From Octopus sinensis (lineage: Eukaryota): a stretch of 64,000 bases of DNA. The notes under the pieces were generated by a model. The model was not told the origin of the DNA and ran no database searches. It saw nothing but the letters and a program-made list of their open reading frames with translations. The position numbers and the translations under genes are program-made. The DNA lies in assembly GCF_006345805.1 (NCBI RefSeq), contig NC_043002.1:67456001-67520000 (forward strand). Direction: 5' to 3'. Shown piece by piece: positions 1 through 13,800 of the stretch. The stretch's first letter is position 1. Every line of letters begins with the position of its first letter.

Positions 1-2109
1 AACTGCTAAATTACAGGGAGTAAACAAACCAGTACACACACACACACTTCTTTCAGTGTGTCTACCAAATCCACTAAGAAGACATTGGTCAACCTGAGGC
101 CCAAGGTGCCATGCAAGGGTCAATTCAAAACCATATAATTGCAAAGCAAGCTTCTTAACCATACAGTTATACCTGAATAAAATAATTTATCCACACAAGC
201 AAAGATTCCAAACTAACAACTTAAAAAGAACTCAAAAAATTTGTGAGCATTATTTTTGCAATAGATTTTCCATATTTATAATCCACAACTTCTTAAAATC
301 TTTCTGATCAAGAATAAAACACCAATCCACTCTTTACAGTACCCCAATGAACAAGGAGTCTATGGTCTAGTAGTACCTTCTTTTGATCATAGGAAATCAT
401 TAGATGATAGAAAAATCAATCAGTAAGGAAAAAAATAAAGAGTATTTCAACATCATCATTCACTATCCACTTTTCCATGCCTAGATGAGTCAGATTAAAT
501 TTGCTGAAACAGTTTTTATTGTCACCCTCACTTGTTTCCATGTCAGGTAATATTTCCCCATGGCTAGACATGTTTTTCATGGAACACTGGAAATGAACAA
601 CCTTGCTTGTATGACAACGGTGCTCGTTTACAACTATTATGCGATGTCAAGAGAAGGGTACACACAAATACAGGATGTTTCTTTCAGTTTCCATCTACCA
701 CATTCACTCACAAGGCTATAATAGAAGGCACCTGCCCAAGGTGCCATGCAGTGGGACTTAAGCTGAGACCACACGGTTGGGAAGCAAGATACTCTACCAT
801 ACAGTCGCACCTATATAAAACTACAACCATTACTTGCAAGTAAGTATTGCTTGGTAACATGTATCCTACTTTAGCCCATGTAACTACAAATGAAAACCCT
901 TCCACTGGTAACCCAACCAAGCATTCCAGGATATGAGAGCTGAAGAGGGAGAGGCCTGCAGCAGTCTGAAGATGGCATTAACTGGAACAAAATGAAAGAC
1001 GTGCCTGGCTCAAGACACAGTGCATCACCTGGTCTAGTAATTGAATTGATGACCTTACAATTGTGAGCACATCTAAAATATGAGGTCATGCATTTTCATC
1101 AAGACCTATATATTGGTCTCAAATTTTGGCACAAGGCCAGCAAGTTTGGAGGAGGGGAGTAAGTAGATCACATCAACACCAGTGATCAAGAGGTACTTAT
1201 TTTATCAACCTCAAAAGGATGAAATGCAAAGTTGACCATGGTGGAATTTGAACTCAGAATGTAAAGATTAATGAAATTGCTAAGCATTTTGCCTGGTATG
1301 CTAGCAATTCCACCAGCTCACTGCCTTTACAAGACCTATACATTAAAATGGTGAACCAAGATTAACAATAATACTAACCTCCACATTTTCACTGTCTTCT
1401 GGGATATTCTCGCTTACCAATATATCAGTATTTTCAATAAGATGATCTAATTGTTTAGTTACATATTCCAAACAGCTAAAATAAAAATAAAATTAGAAGA
1501 TATTAATCATCATTATTATTATTCATAAATGTATCAAACAACAATATAGAATTTTCTTTGCTTTTTTGAAGGTGTGTAAAAATTGCAAATTTTCATAACA
1601 CTATTGAAACTACAAAAAAATCATTTTTATTACAAAGTTTTACATGTTGTGGTATGTGATACCTAGCAAGTTCTTGATTTTAAAATATTAAAAAAATTTT
1701 TCAGTAAAACTTCTATTTTTATACTCAAAAACCTTTTACTAAAATTTTTATCAGTTTAGTCTTCTGGAAATGAAACTTCATACACTGGCAATAAAATATA
1801 GTCCAGGATGCATAGCCCAAGGTGCCACACATTGGGAATGAACCCAAGACCACATAGTTTGGAAGTAAGCTTCTTAACCACAATGCTATATCTGTATCTA
1901 AAAACATAAATGGTTACCATTTCATTTCTATTTTGAGTGCTGCTAAAAGTATAACTGGAAAACTAGAAAACATTATCATAAAGCTGAGATCTATATAAAA
2001 ATCTTCCAGAAATATAAAGATTCCCGGTAAACATAAAAATACCAAAGAGAACATTTTATAATAAAATTTCATAATTGAATAGGACTTGAAAAAAGGAAAA
2101 GAAACTTAC

Positions 2110-2372
2110 TTTTGCCACATTTCTGGCTTCATGTTAGTAGCTATATTGGGGTTGTAATCATATATAGCAGAAATAATTGCAAATATAATCTTAGATGCCA
2201 TGGCTGGACCAAGATTCTTGTTTTCAGATACAGTAAGCAATTCTTCAAGAATACCTATCATTTCACTACGATCTGTGGCCTTCTTTCCACGAGCAGAAAT
2301 AATTTCAGTTAACTTCTTCAGAACGGCCTCATGGTTGATCACAGTGTCTTTGCTGAACATCTTGGGTTTTTC
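2110..2372 (-). CDS. EIF3C: eIF3c coding exon 10 (EKPKMFSKD...NMKPEMWQK)
   Basis: ctgtag acceptor, gtaagt donor; matches ORF track 2106..2360. Confidence 0.96.
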
Positions 2373-4348
2373 CTACAGTTAAATAGAAGAGTGGACAAAA
2401 AAAAAATAGAATAAATTCAATATATAATGAAGTCATCAATAAACTTTAATACTTGAATTCTGAGCACTGTAATAAGGACTATGGGGAGTTATTTAAAACA
2501 TTAAACAGATTAAGTAGATGAAGAAATAAATTAACTACAAAGTATCATCATCATCATTTAACGTCCACTTTCCATGCTAGCATGGGTTGGACGATTTGAC
2601 TGAGGACTGACAAACCAGATGACTGCACCAAGCTCCAATCTTGATCTGGCAGAGTTTCTACAGCTGGATGCCCTTCCTAACGCCAACCACTCCGAGAGTC
2701 TAGTGGGTGCTTTTACATGCCACTGGCACGAGAGCCAGTCAGGAGGTATTGGCAACGGCCACACTCAAATGGTGTTTTTTATGTGTCACCTGCACAGGAG
2801 CCAGTCCAGTGGCACTGGCAATGACCTCGCTTGAATGCTTTTTCACGTGCCAGTAAGGCGATGCAATGTAATGCATAAAATACCACTGTGTATTTCACTA
2901 TTCATAGGAGTAAAATTGAATGACATAAAATATTCAAGTCTATCACTTTAAAAAGCACAAGTTAATAACTGCTGAGAAAAGTACAGACAGGAAGGATTTT
3001 CCAGATGGTTGATGTTCTGAGGTGGAAGGAATTAGCATAGTAATTAGAACTGGGGCTGAATGGAGATAAATAGGTTATGTAGGCTTTGGTGGTGTGCAAG
3101 TAATTAGCTACAAGGGGGAGAAGGCCATTGTAGTAATAGTAGAAAAAGTAGAGTAAGGGACCAAGGGTTGAATGAGTTGGTGACTCCTTGCCGAACAACT
3201 ACAGCTGCATGGCTTTCTTTTGGGTGGAAGCATAGATGGTCAAGTTGATAGAGAAATGGAGGGCCAACTGAAACATCAGTTACTTTGTCACTGGCATCAA
3301 ATTATGCCTGTCACAAAGTAGTACTATAGTTGTTAGGCTGAAAATTGATGACTCTTTCACTAGCTTGTAATGCTAAGTCCAACTCCTCCAATAAGTAGCT
3401 TGGAGAATGATTGGCTCCTATCAAATTGAACTGCCTTCATACTCTATCCCAATGTTTCTCAACTACTCTTTGCCTATAGACCCCTATGCAGTTGCTTGAC
3501 ATATTACAAACAGTAGCTAAATCCCCTTCAAATTACACCCACCGAGCTTAAAAAAAAAGAATATACTGAAAATATCCAGAAAATAACCTGAAAAAGATGG
3601 GATGATCATGGCTGGAAGGCCTTTGATCATAAATCTGTTTAATGAAGGCCAATCAACAACACAAAGAAAAATTCTTCTACAATGTTGTTTCCATGGGACA
3701 ATTGATTTATAATAATAATAATCTTTGGCAATAATAACTGAGATTCTTTGTATTTATCATCAAATTCTTAAATTTTAATTCAATATTTTAAAATTAAAAT
3801 CCATGAAAATGTCAATGGTGTAAAGTTAAATATTTCCTTTCAGCAAACAAAAGTGAATACAGCAATCAGAGAAAAACAGTATTTACCATAACCAATGGAA
3901 TGCCACCTTTCACTTTCTCCCATTCACCTTCATCTTCATTTTCAGCCTTTTTGGCTGCTTTATATTTCTTCTTTTTCTTCTTCTCTTCTTTTTTGCCATC
4001 AGCAGTTGGCCTATGAAAAACACATATGTAACACTACTTAAACAAAGAAAATTATATTAAAGCCATTAACACTTTTAGTATCCAAATAGCTCTGTTGGAT
4101 CTAATGCTTATTGATGCACAGCTTTGAGATTTTGATATACTTCTATTCTTTTACATGTTTCAGTCATATGACTGTGGCCATGCTGGAGTACCACCTTAAA
4201 GGGTTCTAGTCAAAGAAATCGACTCCAGGACTTATTCTTTGTAAGCCTAGTATTTATTCTGTTGGTCTCTTTTGCTAAACCACTAAGTTACAGGGACATA
4301 AACACACCAGCATCAGTTGTCAAATGATGGTAGGAGGAACAAACACAG

Positions 4349-4403
<55 letters not shown>

Positions 4404-7400
4404 CATGATAGGTTTCTTTCAGTTTGTCTACCAAATCTACTCACAAAGCTTTGATCAGCCCAAGGCTATAGTAGAAGATACTTGATCAAGGTGCCACGCA
4501 GTGGGACTGACCCAGAACCATATGGTTGGGAAGCAAGCTTCCCACCACACAGCCATACCTGTGCCTATAATTACTCATTTTTAGTATGACATTGTATGGT
4601 ACGTGTGAGAAGTCGCATTTGGCTGGTTTGAACATAAAACAAGAAGAATATCTGGGCCAGATATGACCAATTTAAATGCTAAGGGTTAAATCTACAAACA
4701 AATTTTTTTACATAAATTATTGACATATACTAAAATCTTAGCCTGTATGTTTCCATGCCATGCCTAGAGTGAATTTATCTGTCAATCCAACAAATCTTCA
4801 GCTACTTCACTAAACCACTCCTTTGTCTTATATCAACAATTTGTAAAAGGTTTTCATCACTTACTCCAACAAAATTTACATTGCTCACAATATTCTTAAC
4901 TCATCATACATCAAAACGAGTTATTCTGATTGAACTCATTGTGAAAGCAGAATGGAGGAAGCCCACATCTAAAAGACTGAAAAATATGACAGTCTAACCT
5001 AACCATCAGACTGAGAAAATCTGGCTTCCAAGCCACTGTCCTCACCAGAGGTGGGTGCAAGAGGGTTTGTGGGAAAGTCTGCATATAATCACCTTAAGTG
5101 GCTCTCAATTCCTGAGAGAAAGAGAACCAGAGCACTTAAGACAATAGCAGAAGCAGCAGAGACATGTTCCAACTGGATCTGGCCAAGGAGGAATGGAAAT
5201 GAATTTCAAAAGGCATAATTTACCCTACAGTCAATTGGTGTCTTAGACTGAACTGATCACAACACCCAAAATACCATGGCTCTGGAGTACCTTTACCATC
5301 CAGGAGGGTTGCAACATAGACAATAGTACAGAGGTGGCAGCAAAGGAGTATCCAAGAGGCATGGCCAGGATGTGGCCCAGTCCTCTTAGAGCAGTGTTTC
5401 TCAACCCTTTTTACCCTTGCATAACCCTTAAAACAAATTACATGTCTCAAGGAACCCCTACACAGAAAAAATTATGTGCCTTACCTTTCTCACATTTTTT
5501 CATCATAGTTCACTAGGTAAATATCACATATATATATATATATATATATGACTGTTATATTTTTTTGATAACATAATAGGTTAGATAGGATGATGTCTAT
5601 ATTACAACATTACAATAACCAATATGTTGTGCATGTATAGTAATATTACTATACATGCACATGAAATTAGCATTAGCTTATCTCACTCTTTCTCGCAGAA
5701 CCCCTAGGAACCTTTTGCAGAACCCTAGGGTTCCAGGGAACTCCCGTTTAGAAACGCTACCTTAGAGTGTAAGCAGTTAAGGGTCAAAACACTCGCCAGG
5801 GACAGATGTCTTTGGGTTTCTATGAAAACCTTTTGCTGTCCAGCTCTCATAAGTGTTCTTTACTGCTGAATATAAAAGGAGATAACTGATAACAGAAATT
5901 ACAGGAAAAATTATACTGAAACTTCAGGGATTAATATCCAAGAATTTGGGTGCCAATTGTAAAACCAACTTCTCAACTTAATAATAAGAAGGAAGATAAT
6001 AATTTTAAAATAAAATACTATTTTGATGTCAATTTAAATATAATTTAAAGATATTCAAAGCTAGTTTTTTTTTTTTTTTTCACATGTTATGCTAATCTCC
6101 AAGAAACTAATATCTTATTTTAAATTAGAATATTTCATATTAAATTGAAAAAGAAAAGAAAAAAATCAATTTTTAGAAAGACTTACTTTTTCAAGAAGGA
6201 AGCAGCAATATGGTCATAGTCATCATCATCTGATGAAGATTCATCTGAACCGTATTCACTCCATTCATCATCATCATCATCTGAAGAAGACTCTTGCTAA
6301 AAATAGAAGAGTTAATTAAAAATTGAACTGCATAATATGATAGCTAATTAATTAATTGGTATGCAAGGAATATCAAAGCACAAAACAAAAGCTTCACTTG
6401 TTGAACAATTTATTCAGCTGTCAAGAGGAAGGCCCCGAAACGGTGCGCATTCTCTCCTGATGACCCCCATAAACTTGTGCATCTGCAAGTTGTTTGTTCA
6501 AAGTTGAAACATTACTCCAGGCACAGGTTTGGCTGTTAGGAAGCTCACTATGCCACCATGTGGATTTGGTTAAGTCTCACAACACAACACCTTGAGCAAG
6601 TGTCTTCTACTATAGCCTCAGGCTGACCAATGCCTTAGTAATGAATTTGGTAGACAGAAACTGAGTGGTAGCCTGTTGTATACATGTATATTCGTGTGTG
6701 TGCGCGTGTGTGTGTTTGTATTTGTCCCCCACTATCACTTGACAACTGGTTTCTATTAGTTTGCAGCCCTGTAACTTTGTAGTTTGACAAAAGTGATCAA
6801 ATGGAATAAGTACCAAACTAAGAATTAAGTAGAGGGATTGATCTATTTGACTAAACCCTTCAAGTAAAGGACAAATGATAAAAGATAACAGTCCTCTTAC
6901 ACATTAGACCCAATGTGTGAACATGTTCGGAAAATAATTGTTAAAACATTTTAAAAGTCTAAACCAAGGGTTCTCAACCATTTTTTATCTAAGGACCCCT
7001 TTGATTACTATTTTATTCTGGTGGACCCCCATAGTCATTCGATGCTTAAAAACTAGTTTTATAGAAACTTTTCTTCGAAATTCCAATTTTGTTTTTTACA
7101 CATTAACTTGTGTAGGTTGACCTATAGAAATTGTTATAGAAAGAAACCTGGTTGTTTCTTGCAATAAATGCCAATAAATACATCTAAAGCAAAAATTTTC
7201 CAGGAGTCCCTTAACCCTTGTTACCAACCCGGCTGAAACCGGCTCTGGCTCTGACTACAAATGTTTTGTTTTCATAAGTTTTTAATTAAAATCTTCCACC
7301 AAACCTTAGTCACAATTTATGTTCCTAACACTAGCTTAACGACAACTAAGTTATTTTACTAAACTCTTTGTTATATTTAAAGTAATTGAAAGAAACACAG

Positions 7401-10400
7401 AGCATCTCAAAATAAATACAGTAATGAAAGGGTTAAAGCACTATTGTGGAACCCAATTTGCTATTTTGTGTGGACCCCTAAAAATCTTATATGGACCCTG
7501 GCTGAGAATCACTGGTCTAAACGATTTACTAAAAAGGCATAACTCTCACTTTTAACTGCTCGTGTTTTTCTTCACATGTATTTTGACCTGCCCCTTCTCT
7601 ATGATGAAAAATGGTTTGGCTTCATTAATCTTGAAAATGTTTTAACTAGATTCAATTATTTTCATACTAATTTTCAATAAGTGGCAGCATCTTTTTTTCC
7701 TAAATAGCTAATTATATAACTATTCCTGAATTAGGTACGAAACCAGCAGTTTTAAAGGGAGGGAGTTAGTCAATTACATCAGCTCTAAAACTCGACAGGT
7801 ACTTTATTTTAACAACCTCAGAGAGATGAAAGGAAAAGTTGACATCAGCAGGATTTGACCTGGGAGCATAAAGAACCAAATCAAATACCACTAGGTATTT
7901 TGTCCAGAGCTCTAACTTCATCGTCATTTAACGTTTGTTCTCCATGCTGGCATGGGTTGGACAGTTTGACAGGAGCTATCAAGCTGAAGAGCTGCACCAG
8001 GCTTCAATTATCTGTTTTGGCATGGCTCCTACAGCTGGATACCCTTCTTAATGTGGATTCTGATAATCCACTACCCTAACATAATCAATTATTTAACACT
8101 TTAATATAACAATAGTTAAGTTCTTCTCTAAATTTTATGGAAGGTTCACCCACTGAAGCATTTTAATTACACAATACAAACAACTGACCTACCTTGGGTT
8201 TAACAGGTTCATGATCACTTTTCCGAGTAAAATCCAACATCTTATCATCATCTCCAGACAAAGAATTATCTACAGAAACCAATTATTAATAAATATTAGA
8301 GACATTTTCACAAAATAATGTTAATCGAGTAATACTGAGATCATTGGCTAATAACGAATGGCAGAGAAACAGTTGCAAAGTTTAAGTTTACAATAATGTA
8401 ACACATCCCATGTGGTCTAGTGGTTAGGATTCCTGGCTTTCACCCAGGCGGTCTGGGTTCGATTCCTGGCATGGGAACGCCTTCTTTTTTCCCCATTTGT
8501 CCAACCCATGCCAGCATGGAAATCGGATGTTAAACGATGATGATCCTAAACAAAGGCACTTTTCTGACTCGGCCAACAACTGACACATCACTCTCACTCC
8601 ATAATTGCAAAGGAGATAGAAATTGTTCTAAACCAGAGATTCTCAACCATTTTCTATCTATAGACTCTTTTGATAACTATTTAGTTTTATAGAAACTTCT
8701 GTCAAAATTCTTATTTTTCACACATTCACTTGTGTAGGTTGAACTATGTAAAATGTTAGAAAAAAAAAAACCAAGCGGTTTCTTGCAACAGATACCAATA
8801 CATACATCAAAATTTGTTTTACAATACTGCTGTAACTCCCTCAATTTACTAATTTTGCTTGATTACTATAATAATCCCTTTGATTACTATATTTTATTCT
8901 GGTGGACCCTCATTGCCATTTGATGTTTAAAAACTAGTTTTATCAATACTTTTGTCAAGATTCATCATCATCATCATCGTTTAACGTCCGTTTTCCATGC
9001 TGGCGTGAGTTGGATGGTTTGACTGAGGTCTGGAGAGCCAGCAGCAGCACCAAGCTCTAATCTGATCTGGCAATGTTTCTACAGTTGGATGCTCTTCCTA
9101 ACACCAACCACTCTGAGAATGTAGTGGGTGCTTTTTACATGCCACATGTCATAGATATACAAATTAATTAAGAAAAAAACTTACCATCATCATCATCGTC
9201 GTCATCATCTCCAACATCAGAACCTTCATCATATTCATCTCCTTCATCTGGATTCTGGAAAAGATAAAAGAATTTTTTTTAAATGTCAAAAAGAAAACTT
9301 TTTTTTTTTCAGTATTAAAGATTTAGATTTATGCATAAGTAAATGTTACATAGCTTTATTGTTTTAACATCTGTTCCACTAACGAATGAACAGCCGTATA
9401 GACTTCTAAAGTGTAGAGTTCATTCCTTTACTAAAGGGTAATAAGTGAATTAGCTACAACCAGGAATCAAACATGAAACTTAGATTTCGTTCATCAGCAG
9501 TTCACTTACACTGATATGGCACACAGCCAGTGTCACTCAAAGTATTTATTTCTATCTTCATGTGCCATACCTACAAGTATTGATCATGAGTCTCTAAGCT
9601 AAAGTCTGAAACAAGATATAGCAATGGTTTCCCATTGCCTTTTGCCAGTTTATTTAGTTTAACTATGCTAGTCTCCTATTCCCCCAAGCTTGCCCTTGAG
9701 GTACATGGCCTATTTAACCTATAGACAGAGAAGTCTGGTTCATGTAACATCAAGATACCTACATACTAGGACTTTATGATACATGTTTAGGAGCCAACCC
9801 TCATCTGAGTAGGATACTTTAGCCATAGGGTCATCTTCAGCTACTTGGTTTACATCGGGAACAGGTATACAACCCTAGGGCAAAGCAGACCTGTGACTAG
9901 TGATGACTAGGCGACTAAGGAATAACTCCACCCTCCCCAATGCAAATGAATACCCAAGCTGGAGCCTCACCACTGGTTGAAGTTTAATTTATTTTTATCG
10001 ATAAATAATCAGCATTATCATGTAATTCACTGTGCTATAAATTCAATCAGTGAGGTTTTCTAATGAAACCAAAGAAATATCAATCTAAATGAAATAACAG
10101 CTGGGTATGTCCAACAAAGATTCTATTTAATCTCTTTAAAACTTGAGTAACATGAATGATAAAGCACCATAGCAGAAAGATTAGTGAGCTGGAAGTGTTA
10201 CCCCTCTACTGTGCCTGTCAAAATAAGGGAGGTTCTCTACATGGTCACTCAATATGCTAGAAATAGAAACCAAATTCCCCCCCCCCCCCCCAGGATGGTC
10301 AGAGTTGGAACATCTATCATGAATCTGCTCTGCTTCATCAGAGCCAACCTGGGACTAAACAATGACAATTTGTTTTAAGGTTAAGTTGTTAGAAAGAAGA

Positions 10401-10850
10401 AAGACATCCAATTGTTAAAAACCAAGTAAAAGTTCGTTCTACTGAGATTAGCAAAGGAAAACTGATGTAAACAAAGTAATAAAAAATATATAAAAATTGT
10501 ATAAATCAAGCAATTTACAGAAAATAGTGATCCAGTTAAATACATAAAAACATTAATTATGCACACACATACATACATCCTCTCACACATTCACACAAGA
10601 AAAAATACACCTATATGAACATACATATATCATAGATTAGTGTTTTTTTAGATGTGATGTAGAAGACACTACCATTTGATTTTCATGGTCTTCAAAAAAA
10701 AAAACTTATATTATAAAAAGTAAGACAGTAAGAGTCATACCCTCAACAACAAATATTTACATGTATCACACGTGTGCTGTACACACTTGCAAAGGCCATC
10801 TTATACATAACTCTTCATCTAAGACTCATTTGCATACATGCCCAATCTTG

Positions 10851-10883
<33 letters not shown>

Positions 10884-13800
10884 ACAACACCTAGGTTACA
10901 AGTATACATGTTTACAAAATCTCAATGTCTTAGAATTTTTTTTTCCCAAATATATGATGTACAATCAGAAGCCATGTCAAAATAACTAATTTTCTGAATG
11001 GTTGATTGAAAAGAAAAAAAAAATACAAATCCAACAAATAATCAAAAAACAAAACTGTGATAACATACCTCTCGGTATTTTGAGATCTCTTCTTCATAGT
11101 CCCGTTTGTAACGCCGAAGACGTTGACGAAGAGTGGTCAACCCTCGAGCATTGTTTTTGCTCATCTGCTTTCTTCCCTCTTTATCGTCCCAACACTGTAA
11201 GAAAAGAAAACACATTTTATTACTTCAAGCAGAAAATTAAAACAGTTGATTGAACCCTTTAGCATTCATATTACTCTGTCAAACGTAAATTATTCCTTTT
11301 GTTTTGCATTAATCATGTATTATCTTGTAGCTTTGAGATTTTGATGGTGCAAAATGAATTACTGCATCAATTGTTTATTCTTAGAATGATATTTTAGGGT
11401 AGGTGTGAGAAGCCAGATCCGGCCAGTTTGAACATAAAACAGGTAGAATATTTGGGCTGGATACGGCCAGTTTAAATGATAATGGGTTAAAGCTAAAATT
11501 ACATACTGAAGATTTTCTGGTTCAATTTTCACTATGGACATGTGATTAGAACAACACAGAAAAGAATAGCAAAATGGACTCTTGAAGCCAAGCCAACTTG
11601 GAATAGACCACAGATAATATCCAGCCTCAGTTGGTTTCATTTGGGAATCCAGCCAGAAAGTACAATGACAGTTGTTTCTCATGGGACCCAATAGTGGTGA
11701 GGTACCCCAGGAATTTACTCCCATAGCCCTCCCAGGAATAGTGGCTTAAAATGGATGCATGGATAGATGGAATTTTCCGGAATGCTCTGCTAAAGAACCT
11801 CCCTGTACCTGTACCTCTTGTCGCATTTAAGACCGCGGATTCTGCCACCCATGAAGTCATTGCCATTGGGGTGCCAGAAGACATGGCTGATCTTCAGGCT
11901 TTTGCTGCCAACTCAGACAAAGACCTAGGCTGCGTTCCCCCAACGGGTGCTATCCGCCTTGGACGACCTGGCCCAAAACCTAGGCTCATCAAGTTGTCTT
12001 TTACGGACCCCACTGAGGCAACCTCTTACCATCTGGCCTCAGTTAAAGCTGGGCGGGAAAATCGGACCACCTTCCGAACACGCCCAGGCTTACCGTCCAA
12101 TGTACGTCCGAAGCTACGTGTAGTGGCTTCCCTGAATAGGAACTCAGCTCTACAGGAAAGCTTCAGTCTTCGGGAAGATGGACAAATCTGGAGATTTGTC
12201 AAGACTGCTGAAACGTGGAAGAGAGATACCAGCTGGTCTGAGTGCTCTCTACCCACAATAACTAAAAAGACTACAGCAACTCAGGGAAACTAAGCCAGAA
12301 AAACCTGCCATCCTCTACACACCATCATAAACTGCGAGCAGGGTACAAATTGTTGTCCTTAAATGCTCGCAGTTTATGCAACAAAATACATTTGTTCAAC
12401 GCCTACGTCAGAAGTGTTGACCCTGACTTCATCACTGTCACGGAAACATGGGCGCATTCCTTACTCTGTGATGGGGTTTTCAACATTACGGGGTACAACC
12501 TCTTCCGTAAGGACCGCACTAACCGCCGTGGTGGTGGTGTGATGGTCTACGTTCGTTCAAATTTTTTGGTAATTCCTTGTGCCGATTTGAACGAATCACA
12601 AGAAGAAGTTTTTTTCTGTGACGTGCGTATGACCATGTCAACACTCCTGCTTGGCGTTGTTTATCGTCCCCCAAGTTACCATCGGGACACACAGCTTTGC
12701 AATGTCCTCCGAGCTGCTGCCAGGAAAACAGCCACTATGTGTTTATTGCAGGCGATTTCAATCATCCTGAGATCGATTGGGAGACCTTCCATTGGCCACA
12801 GAGTGCAAACGATTTTGTTGAGCTTGTGCTGGACTCAAACTGGTCACAAGTAGTCACCTCTCCAACAAGAGGCGACAACACCTTGGACCTGCTCTTCACC
12901 ACAACTCCTGAAGCGGTTATCAATTGCACTACGGAGGAACCTCTAGGTGACTCTGATCATGCTATGATCATCGCCAATCTGGCTCTTGCGGGCAACAAAA
13001 ACCTGAACCATCTCCAATCTGCTTCCTTCGATTGGAAGAGAGCAGATTGGAACCTGTACCACACTGAACTACAGCACCCAAACTGGCGTGAATTCTACAA
13101 CTCTGGAGATGTGAATACTATACTCCAGAGTATCCTGGACTCAATATGGGCAGCATGTGCAGCATCAGTGCCACGTAAACAAAAAAAGAAGAACCGCCCC
13201 AAAAGGGCAATTTGGGAAACTTCAGCGGTCCGACTTGCCAGGAGGGAACGTCGGACTGCTGAACGGGAATACAGGTTGCATAAATCAGACACCAACAGGA
13301 AGAAGCGGAATAAATCCTCCAACCATCTCAAGCAAGTGACAAAAAAAGCAGTGCTTGAATTTGAACAGTGCATAGCAGCCAATCCTGACAGCAAGGTTTT
13401 CTGGAAATATGTGCACTCAAAGCAGAGACCTCACTCTCCAGTGGGCCCTCTTCGCAACCCTCACACAAACCAGATCACTGACGACCCCAAGGAATGCGCA
13501 GAACTCATTGCCGAGTGCTATGCAAACATATTCACTGTTGAAAGTCAAAATGTACCATCTTCGCCATCACTAACAGCAAACTCCATAACAACTATGGAAT
13601 TTACACCTGCAATGCTGCGACGTCACCTTCAAAATAAGCGCAACTATGCCTCCCCTGGTCTCGATGGAGTTACATACCTGCTTCTCAAACGTGGCAGGCA
13701 CTTCCTTTTACACCAGCTTTCTATTTTCTTCCAGTACTGTCTCAACAATAGTGCTACTCCGGAGCAGTGGAAAACTGCCAGTGTCATTCCTCTGTTCAAA

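Noticed and set aside
6421-6470. CCGAAAC and CTGATGA close together
   Set aside because: Stems I-III could not be built in any hammerhead topology.
9484-9500. CTGATGAACGAAA on the minus strand
   Set aside because: No stem II, and no usable stem I or III.
11538-11545. ACATGTG as the left TSD of the long LINE
   Set aside because: A 7-nt match ~200 bp upstream of ORF1, with no LINE-like sequence in between; may be chance.
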